Part shown: piece after piece, positions 53,939-64,000 of the stretch
How positions within the stretch are numbered: position 1 is the first letter of the stretch
Layout of the letters: the number at the start of each line of letters is the position of its first letter
Origin: Octopus vulgaris
Lineage: Eukaryota
Direction: 5' to 3'
NCBI GenBank assembly: GCA_951406725.2
Contig: OX597841.1
Span: forward strand, 12,524,001-12,588,000
DNA: 64,000 nucleotides
Notes under the pieces: model-generated
What the model was told of the DNA's origin: nothing
Database searches by the model: none
The model's input: only the letters and a program-made list of their open reading frames with translations
Translations under genes and position numbers: made by a program

Positions 53939-56900
53939 TTAGCGTCCGTTTTCCATGCTAGCATGGGTTGGACGGTTCAACTGGGGTCTGTGAAGCTGGA
54001 AGGCTTCATCAGGCCTAGTCAGATCTTGCAGTGTTTCTACGGCTGGATGCCCTTCCTAACGCCAACCACTCTGTGAGTGTAGAGGGTGCTTTTTACGTGC
54101 CACCCGCACAGGTGCCAGACGGAGCTGGCAAACGGCCACGAACAGATGGTGCTCTTTATGTGCCACCGGCACGGGGGCCAGACGGGGCTGGCAACGGCCA
54201 CAATTGGACGGTGCTTTTACGTGTCACCGGCACGGGGGCCAGGCGAGGCTGGCAACGGACACGAACGGATGGTACTTTTACGTGCCACCGACACGGAGGC
54301 TAGATGGGGCGGCGCCAGCAACGACCACGATCGGATGGTTTGCTTAACCACAGCTGCAATTCCCACTGATGTTGATCGACCAAACCAGCGCAAACGTCTC
54401 TCTTGCACCCCACAACTGATGCTTCTTAGGTCCAACTTTTCTCTCAAGGTACTTACACTCTATCGAGTATGAACACTGACATTACACATCCATCGGAGCA
54501 TACTGGCTTCATTTCTTGCGAGCTTACGCATATCCTCAGCAGTCACGGCCCATGTTTCACTGCCATGTAGCATGGCTGTACGTACACATGCGTCATACAG
54601 TCTGCCTTTTACTTTGAGCGAGAGGCCTTTTGTCACCAGCAGAGGTAAGAGCTCTCTAAACTTTGCCCAGGCTATTCTTACTCTAGCAGTTACACTTTCA
54701 GCACACCCACCCCCGCTACTGACTTGGTCACCTGGGTAACGGAAACTATCAACTACTTCTAGTTTTTCTCCCTGGAAAGTGACGGAAGTTGGTCTCAGAG
54801 CATTTTCAGTGTTTATTGTTCCTGAGCATCTGCCACATACAAAAACCATCTTCCTAGTTAGCCTTCCTTTGACATTGCTGAACCTCTTATGTGTCTATAG
54901 CTTACACTTGGTGCATCTTATAGAGTTTCTACCTACACCTTTTCAACAGATCGAGCAGGGCCATCTACCTGAAGGCGTTTGTGTTTGGTTTACCTTCCTA
55001 CTTATTAGGACTTTGGTTTTGGCTAGGTTGATTCTAAGGCCCTTCGATTCTAAACCTTGCTTCCATACCTGAAACTTCTCCTATAGTTCTGATAGAGACT
55101 CAGCAATTAGAGCAAGGTCATCAGCATAGAGGAGCTCCCAGGGGCATCCTGTCTTGAATTCCTCCGTTATTGCCTGGAGGACTATGATAAATAGGAGGGG
55201 ACTGAGGACTGAACCTTGGTGGACCCCAACCTCTACCCTGAATTCTTCACTGTACTCGATGCCAACCCTCACCTTACTAGCAGCGTCTCTGTACATGGCT
55301 TGTACAGCTCTCACTAACCATTCATCTATCCCTAGTTTCCTCATTGACCACCAGATAAGGGATCGGGGGACCCTGTCGAAGGCTTTCTCCATATCAACAA
55401 AAGCCAGGTATAGGGGCTTGTCTTTGGCTAGGTATTTCTCCTGCAGCTGTCTTACCAGGAATATAGCATCAGTAGTACTTTTCCCTGGCACAAACCCAAA
55501 CTGCATCTGATCTAAGCTAACTCTCTCTCTAATTAGTTGGGCTATAGCCCTCTCCGTAACCTTCATTACCTGATCCAGCAGCTTGATACCCCTGTAGTTA
55601 TTTGTATCTAGGGCGTCACCTTTACCTTTGTAGCAGTTGACTATTATGCTGCTACACCAGTCATTGGGAATGACTCCTTCGTGTATCACCTGGTTAACTA
55701 TACCGGTGACTAGGCTATAGCCGACACTACCAGATATTTTGAGCATCTCTGCAGTAATTCCTGATGGGCCTGGGGCTTTCCCTGTTTTCATGCTTTTAAT
55801 TGCCTTAACTACTAAGGAACTGTCAACTCGGATTGCTGGTCCCTCTGTTGGGTCAACATTCGGCAGACTCTCTTCATCCCATTCATTTTCCTCATTCAGT
55901 AACCTTTCATAGTGGCTTCTCCAAACCTCTCTCTTTGCATCCTCATTTAGTGCAAGTGAGCCGTCATCCATGCGAACACACTTCTCTCCTACCACATCAC
56001 AATTCTCTCTCACACACTGTCTTGCTATACGAAATACCTCAAGTCTTTCATCCTCACGGCGCAGGACATTGGCAAATTTTTTCTTATCTGCTTCCCCTCT
56101 GGCTAAATAAACCTGCCTCCTAGCTTCCCTTCTGGCAGTCTGATACACTTCCCTGCTACCACCGTTCTTCCAGGCCTTCCAAGCCTGTTTCTTTTGTCTA
56201 ATAGCCCTGTCAACAGTATTGTTCCACCACCACGTTATTTTGGGTCTTGTGGGGACTTTGCACCAGCCACAGATCTGGTCAGTGGCTTTCAGCAGGTTGT
56301 CCCTTAGAAGCGCCCAGTTATCTTCTACCCCATGTGTAGCTATACCCCCTTCTATTTCGTCGAAGGCTTCAAGTAACATGTCTCTAAATCTCTGTCCATT
56401 TGCAGGGTCTTTAAGCTTCCAGACCCTTCTTCTCCATGTTGGTCGTCTTCTAGTCATCCTCTTAGTCCTGATCCTAAAGTCACTGACTACCATTCTATGT
56501 TGTGGGGTACATTCTTCGCCTGGGAAGGTTTTGGCATTTATAAGCAGCCATCTTTCCCTTTTTCTGGCAAGGATGTAGTCGATTTGGCTAGTATGCTGGC
56601 CCGAACGGTAGGTGACCAGGTGGCTTGTCGGTTTCCTGAAGTTAGTGTTGCAAACCATAAGACTATTCGCATCACAGAACTCCAGCAGCCTGGTTCCCTC
56701 CTCATTGCGAGAACCATAACTATAGCCTCCATGAACGCCATAGAAGCCCTCAGCATATCGTCCAACATGCCCATTGAAGTCACCAGCCACAAAGAGAAGG
56801 TCCCTGTTGTTCGTCAATGAGGTGGTCTGCAGTAGGGTGTCATAGAAACGGTCTTTCTGTCCATCGGGTAACCCTGACTGAGGGGCATAGGCCGATATAA

Positions 56901-57815
56901 TAGTTGCTAAACTATGATGGAGCACTAATCTAATCTTCAGTATTCTGTCACATACTCTGACTACCTCGATAACCTTATCTACCCATTTTTCGGCAATAAG
57001 CATACCCACTCCCCCGACCCCTTCAGTATTCCCGGCCCAGAAAATCTTATACCTCTGTTCTTTACCCGTGAGGAACCTAGCAGAACCTCCTCTCCACCTC
57101 ACCTCTTGAATACAGCATATATCTACGCACCTCCGTTCAAGCAATTTGACGATCTCACCAGATCTGCCTTTCAGTGTGCCAACGTTGAGGGTGCCAGCCC
57201 TGAGGAAGTGGGAGCCAATGGACCTAGTAGCATCATGAACCTGAAAAGAAAACTCGCGTTTGGCAGTATTCATAGACAAACAATAAAACTCAAGTTCAAA
57301 CCGCGTACGTTACACCAAGGATATCTTGCAATGAATGACCACTACCTTTATGGAAAGAGGAACAGATGGGCATGAAAGACAACAGGGATGCGAAGTGTAC
57401 ATGGGAGACAACAAGGATGAGAAAATTTAGGACTTCCTGTAGCGGTGGGGACAGCGTAAGACTTTGAAGTGAAAATGGGAGACAACAAGGATGAGAAATT
57501 TTTTTTCAAGCCTTCCTGTATTGGTGGAGGGGGTGGGAGGGAGGGCGACCCGCGAAAAGTTTTATCCAGCCATACGAGCGTTTCTCCTAGAGGGGAAAAC
57601 TTATATGAAATAATAAGGTCCTGTAAGATTAATAAATATGTATTCCATATTTAACGAGATGAGGGGCTGATCGATAGACAATAATAACTAATAAATTATA
57701 CATGATATGTAATGCGAGGTGAGGCTGAAAATAATAATAAACAAAGCAACAAACTAGGGGTCAACAAATTGCATGGAATATATGAAAGTTGAGAAGAATA
57801 CGGGTTGAATTGAGT
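53905..57815 (-). mobile_element. Near full-length RTE-clade LINE (APE endonuclease, RT, PHD-like finger), inactivated by stops
   Basis: ORF 55081-57279: TLNVGTL...QEVRW...GDFNGHVG...QIDYIL, FVDMEKAFD, HQGSVLSP, YADD; continues 54460-54849; ~62-bp tandem repeats in 3' UTR; (ATG)n tail. Confidence 0.95.
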
Positions 57816-58158
57816 TGATCATAGATATAGTATACCCAACTGACAATAATGTATGCAATAAGGAAGAAAAGTCGATAGATATGACAAGTTAGCTTGGGAG
57901 GTTAAACAGTTGTGGTCGATGACAAAGGTGGTAGTAGTACCAAAAATTGTCGGAGCCCTGGGAACAGTGAGCAATAATCTGGAGAAGTGCGTGGAACAAA
58001 TAGGGGCTGCAATAAGGGTGGAGGACTTGCAGAAAACAGCAATACTCCGGAAGGTGCTCGGAAAATAAGGGGTGTTACCTTAGCTCACTGGTAGTGATCA
58101 GAAATAGAAGCTGTGCAAAGGCAATAATAATAATAATAATAATAATAACAACAACAAC

Positions 58159-58717
58159 ATGCCGTGATGCAGTACCAGACAGTGGATCTCATGGCTCCTG
58201 ATCTTAACTGATTGTAAGTGTTATCATGTACATTGTTTTGTCTTGGTATAAAAGATGAACTTACAGCAAATATTCTGCTCAAAACCACAGATCTGCTTGT
58301 CAGTTGTTTGACCTTCACCAGTTGTCCATGTCCCTTTGTGGCTGACGATATGTGCATCTCTGATCACAAGCAGAAGTAGTGGGGGAGCATAAAAAGCCGT
58401 GTGTTAAGAGGGATTCTTTGGGGTTTGGATAATTCACCTCTGGAAACATGGTTGTTTTGTTCAACATCCTTAAACAACCCTTATTCAGGGACTTTTTGAG
58501 CGTGATGGGTTACTTGACCAGAAGAAAATTCTAACTGGGCCCCATCTGCAAGGTCATGTGCTGTTTATCTTGATATGAGATCACCATGTTGCACACATAT
58601 GGTTGTGATGCATGTGCCTGGTGTACCCTTATCAGACGGGTAGTCATGATGGGTGTACTGGGCTTTGTATATTTGTATCCCAGTGTCACTTTGATGGAAT
58701 GCACAGTTCTCTCGCTC
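58159..58717 (+). mobile_element. ~560-bp (TAA)n-associated SINE copy
   Basis: Duplicate of 47923-48480. Confidence 0.85.
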
Positions 58718-58736
58718 AATAATAATAATAATAATG

Positions 58737-58795
<59 letters not shown>

Positions 58796-58797
<2 letters not shown>

Positions 58798-61700
58798 CTG
58801 AAAATTGAACAAAATTCTGATTGAAAAATCAGCTACTGGATCAAAACTTCCCAACACACAGGAGCTGGATGTACCCCACAACCGGAATATTCCAACAGAT
58901 GGCCATCCATGCTCGTCACCAAATAATCAAAAGAAAAAGAAAGAAAAATGGTCTAGGGAAGATAATAAAGAATTTCTTGAGGCCTTCTACGATGCCATAT
59001 ATTTCCCCACAAATAAATCTAACACTGTACAAACATACTTAAACTGGAGACAGAAACACCCTGAAGTAAGACCCTCCATAGACAGTAACAAACTTGCCAA
59101 CGTCAGAAGAAGCATTATAAAAAAAAATTACTGACTGAAGTAGAGATTGATCAAGTTAGACAAGCAATATCGGATAAAATGAACGAAGCTGCAGCTAGAG
59201 AAGATAATTATAGACCAGCCCAGGGCTGATAAAAACGAAGTAAGGATTGAAAGAGTTAGTATAAGTGATAGGCAAAGTGAAATACTCCCTGAACCAATCA
59301 TAAACACTAAGACAGATGAACATCAAATAGATGAAGAAACTCACACAAATATTGACCCAACAGAACTACATGAGCTAAAAAATCAAACCATGATTGAATG
59401 GCTGAAAATTAAAGAAACCAGTATGGATGAACGTGATACACTCCCTAAAATCCGCAACTCTAACCAAAACATGAAAATAATTGGTAAAATCCGGCTTGCA
59501 CTTAAGGATATAATTTCAGCTAATGATGTTGATATCACAGATCTCAACCACCTGTACTATGCATCCGCGAAAATCTCAACGATTCTATGTGGTGTAAAGA
59601 TTAGAAAACGGCAACATTCCCACAAAAAGCCTTCTTGGCAAGAGCGTTTGCAACAACAAATTAAACTATTTAGATCTGACATTGAATATTTGAAAAACCT
59701 TAAGGTTCACAAGACTACCAAACCTACAAAAACCCCAAAATTGCTGAAAAAATACAATATGAAAACTATACTTGATATTGATGCCACCATAGAAACCATC
59801 AAACAAAAGGTATCTGCCAAAGCTGCCCGCATAGCGAGGTATGAAAAGCGTGTTAGATTTTTCAAGGACAACAACATGTTAAAAAATAACCCCAAGAATT
59901 TTTACGGGAAGATAGGAAAAACAGTGTTTACTGCAAGGTCTGTACCATCAAAAGAAGAAGTGCAGAGATTTTGGAATAAAATCTGGGCAGAAGAAAAAAC
60001 ACACAACGAAAAGGCCCCCTGGATTGACAGAATATCTACAGAACTGGAGCCCTTAGAGGAGCAAAAGTGAGAAGGTGTCAAGGTAGAAGATATAAGATCT
60101 ACTCTCAGGAGGTCAAGCAAATGGAAGTCTCCAGGAAAGGATAAAATTCCTAACTTCTGGCTGAATGCCTTCCCAGAGAGCCATGAACTGCTAACAGAAC
60201 TGTACAATGATGTTTTGCAACACCCTAGTAGGATGCCTCCATGGCTAGTTAATGGGTTAACATTCCTGCTTCCAAAAAGTGAAGAAACAAATGAACCAAA
60301 AAAACTATAAACCCATAACCTGCTTAACAACTATGTACAAAACGCTAACATCTGTCCTGACGGAATATACTTATAGTTTTTTAACAGACAGCAGCATATT
60401 CCCTAATGAACAGAAAGGATGTAAACGTGGATCCTACAGCTCTAAAGATCAACTACTCATCAATAAGATGATCTTAGAAGATTGTCACAAACGACACAAA
60501 AACTTATCAATAGCCTGGATAGACTATAAAAAGGCTTTGGATAGCCTACCACATAGGTGGATTAGGAAATGCCTGGAAATGTATAAGATAGCACTTACTC
60601 TGCGAAACTTTTTGACTGTAAGTATGAGATCATGGAGAACCACACTAACTTTGAACAGTGACAATGAATCCCTAAATGCTGGTGATGTAAAAATTTTGTG
60701 TGGCATTTTCCAGGGTGACTCACTGTCACCACTCCTCTTTTGTTTAGCCTTAATACCTCTCTCAAAACTGCTCAATAACGCGCAGCACGGGTATAAAATG
60801 TTTGATAAAAATATAAATCATCTCATTTATATGGATGATTTAAAGCTTTTTGCAAAAAATGACCAACAACTCAAGGGCTTACTAGCGATAGTCAAACAAT
60901 TCAGTGACGACATCAGAATGCAATTCGGCCTCGATAAATGTGCAAAAGCTACCTTTATCAAAGGAAAAATGACAGAAACATCTAACGTTAACCTTGACCA
61001 GCAGAATGTCATAAAAGAACTAGACCCAGCGGAGAGCTACAAGTACCTAGGGGTAATTGAAGGGAACGGAATAAGGCATTCAGAGATGAAGGAAAGGATC
61101 AGGAGAGAATGCTATCGAAGAGTGAGAGCAATAATCAAGACAGAGCTGAATGCAAGAAACAGGATCAAAGCGATCAATGCATTAGCCATACCAGTCGTGA
61201 CTTACAGTTTCAATATCGTTAACTGATCAATTACTGAAATATGTAATCTTGACAGAAAAATAAGGAAACTGTTGACAATGCATAGAATGCACCACCCTAA
61301 GGCAGATACAGAACGACTTTATCTGCCAAGAAAAGAGGGAGGCCGTGGTCTTTTGCAACTGGCAATAACAATGAAGATTGCTACAATTGGCCTAGACACC
61401 TACCTGAAAAAGTCTGAGGACTGGATGTTAAAACTTGTCTCAAAACACGAAAACAAGAAAGCATCATACTCAGTAACAAAACAGGCAAAGGAATATCTAA
61501 GTGAATTCCGAATACAACAAATTTCGGAATTAGAGATAGTCATACAAGAAACAAGCACAGAAAAAGCTAGGCACATGAAAACCCGTGCTAAAACTGCGGC
61601 CTTAGATACTCTGAATAATAAATGGCAAGAAAACCCTCTCTATGGCAAATACTCAAAGAGAGCGAATAATGCAGATATTGACAAAGCCCTGACCCATCAA

Positions 61701-62595
61701 TGGCTAATGGCCTCTGGCTTAAAATCTGAAACAGAAGGGTTTATCATAGCAGCTCAAGATCAATGCCTACCAACAAGAAACTACCAGGCCAACATATTAA
61801 AGAACGGCAGTAGCCCAACATGTCGTGTATGCCGACAACAAAATGAAACCATTGATCATGTTGTCTCCAAATGCAGTCTTCTAGCGCCTACAGAGTACCT
61901 CAACAGACATGATAGAGCAGCACAATATATTCACTGGGTAATTTGCAAAAACCTGGATTTGCCCCATGAAAAAAACTGGTGGGAACACAATCCACCTCCA
62001 GTGCTTGAAAATGACCACATCTCACTCCTCTGGAACTTCACCATTCAAACTGACAGAAAGATAGATGCAAATAGGCCAGACATCATATTGAAAGACTTCA
62101 GACAAAGAACATGCCTCCTCATTGATATGACTGTCCCAATCGATATAAACGTATCTGTCAAGACCTACCAAAAAACTGAGCAAATATAAAGATCTTGAAA
62201 TAGAAATCAGCAAAATGTGGAACCTGAAGACTAAAACAATACCTGTTGTCATAGGTGCCCTGGGAATGATAGCGAAAGGGGCTGATTGCTACCTAACTCA
62301 GATACCAGGAAACCCCAAAATGGCAGAAATTCAAAAGATAGTGCTCATGGGAACTGCTCATATCCTACGCAAAATACTTTCTATGTAATCTCAAGGTTTA
62401 AAACAAACTTTTAAAAAACATTTTTAAAAAAATTTTATTTATTAGACATTCACTAGTTCAACACAAAAAAAACGCAAATATATGGTACACTAGGCATAAC
62501 AACAATGTGAACTTCCAACCTATTGTCTCTTGAGGTCTCTGGGTGAGACTTGGAGCCAACTTGTACAGACATAAAGCAAAAGTCAAACATAGAAT
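58796..62595 (+). mobile_element. Near full-length R4/Dong-like RLE LINE, inactive (stops and frameshifts)
   Basis: ORF pieces 58805-59134, 59390-60070, 60279-61226 (YKPITCL, WIDYKKA, FQGDSLSP, YMDD) and 61272-62189 (CCHC, RHD, PD..D); (TAA)n flanks. Confidence 0.93.
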
Positions 62596-62606
62596 AATAA
62601 TAATGA

Positions 62607-62640
<34 letters not shown>

Positions 62641-62672
62641 GGTGGTTATGATGATGATGATTGATAATAATG

Positions 62673-62751
<79 letters not shown>

Positions 62752-62859
62752 GTTGCAGTATATAAAAGTAAAAATATATAATGAATGAAATAAAATAAAA
62801 GTGAAATAAAATTTATGCTATTTAAATACACATATCCATGTGTACTTTCATACAAAAGA

Positions 62860-62900
<41 letters not shown>

Positions 62901-62969
62901 TCTCTTTACACCTTATAGAATCTTTGTTAATAAAGTTAAAAGGCTCTGGGAATGAGTTCAATTAAATGC

Positions 62970-63000
<31 letters not shown>

Positions 63001-63144
63001 TGTATGTATGTATGTATGTATGTGTGTGTGCCTGTATATTTATTTAGCTCATATATATTTATTTATATATTGTATAGATATATATATATGTATATCTATC
63101 TATCTATCTATATATATGTATATATATTTAAGTAGCTACATACA

Positions 63145-63210
<66 letters not shown>

Positions 63211-63260
63211 TATATGCATGCATACATTCATACTGACATGCAGATATGCATAAACATAAG

Positions 63261-63294
<34 letters not shown>

Positions 63295-64000
63295 TTCACG
63301 TGCTAAAACGTGTGTGAGAATGCCATCTCAGTTCGATCTTGTTGTTTGAGTTTTTGAAAAGATGTCTAATTCCCATGTTTGATAATTGGTCAAAACATTG
63401 TTTGGAGGTGGAAGAGGTAATGTGCACAGTTGCTTTTGTCTTCATGGTCCGGGTTGCAGGACAACAAAACACGCATGTATGTATGTATGTATGTATGTAT
63501 GTATGTATGTATGTATGTATGCATGCATGCATGCATGCATGTATCTATGTACGTATGTATGTATGTACGTACATAAGTATATATATGTGTACGTATAAAA
63601 ATGTCTCATGATGAATTGACGTAGAAATCCAGACGGACAAAGCGTCCTCAATCTTTAAGTTTAAAAAGTCTCCCATTATGAAGTCAGAGTTAAAGTTGTT
63701 TGTTTTCTTATCACACCCTCTCGTTCATTGAGTCCCACACGTAAATCTATTGTTTCTCACGGCACACCTGAGTTTTTGGTTTTGCATTCCCATCCAGTGT
63801 TCACCTGAGGTTAAAAATTATTTGTTTTTAAAGTCTTTGTGCGCCTTTTTGGGAAAATATGTTTATATTTGTGTAAAAAATTCTAAATTTAACTCGCTTT
63901 TTACATATTTGATCCTATACTGAAACACATACACACACATGCAGACACACACACGCATATACACATACATACACACACACGCAGACACATGTAACTGCAG

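Larger units (their letters stand above)
57817..63839. repeat. Segmental duplication copy B
   Basis: Colinear with 47581-53823. Confidence 0.92.

Noticed and set aside
54086-54335. ~62-bp repeats superficially like a CRISPR array
   Set aside because: Tandem units without unique spacers, inside the RTE 3' UTR; eukaryotic context, no cas genes
55081-57279. 732-aa ORF as a host gene or active element
   Set aside because: RTE ORF truncated by a premature stop just after YADD, with further stops downstream

Overview
Eukaryotic, AT-rich, microsatellite-saturated genomic DNA; the SINE families and repeat landscape suggest an octopus or other coleoid cephalopod (inference). Two host genes are supported. 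(1) An uninterrupted 5.56-kb ORF (20557-26118, +) encodes a 1853-aa protein of about six tandem mollusc-type NHL-like beta-propellers, with a candidate TATA promoter and non-coding first exon about 7 kb upstream. (2) A three-exon gene on the minus strand, not recovered by the ORF track (39235-39030, 37870-37809, 32981-32752), encodes a 165-aa secreted protein with a signal peptide, an N-glycosylated spacer, a small Cys module and one calcium-binding EGF domain. At least two, probably three, type I hammerhead ribozyme motifs lie in inverted-repeat, Penelope-like fragments (15719-15761, 31951-32027, 11322-11384). The rest is transposon debris: Tx1, RTE, CR1 and R4/Dong-like LINEs, Tc1/mariner, a hAT MITE, a Helitron and several SINEs. 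The 3' third is a tandem ~6-kb segmental duplication with an RTE at the junction, a copy-specific foldback palindrome, a copy-specific satellite expansion, and inverted copies of the EGF gene's upstream region. Most short ORFs in the track are microsatellite artefacts.
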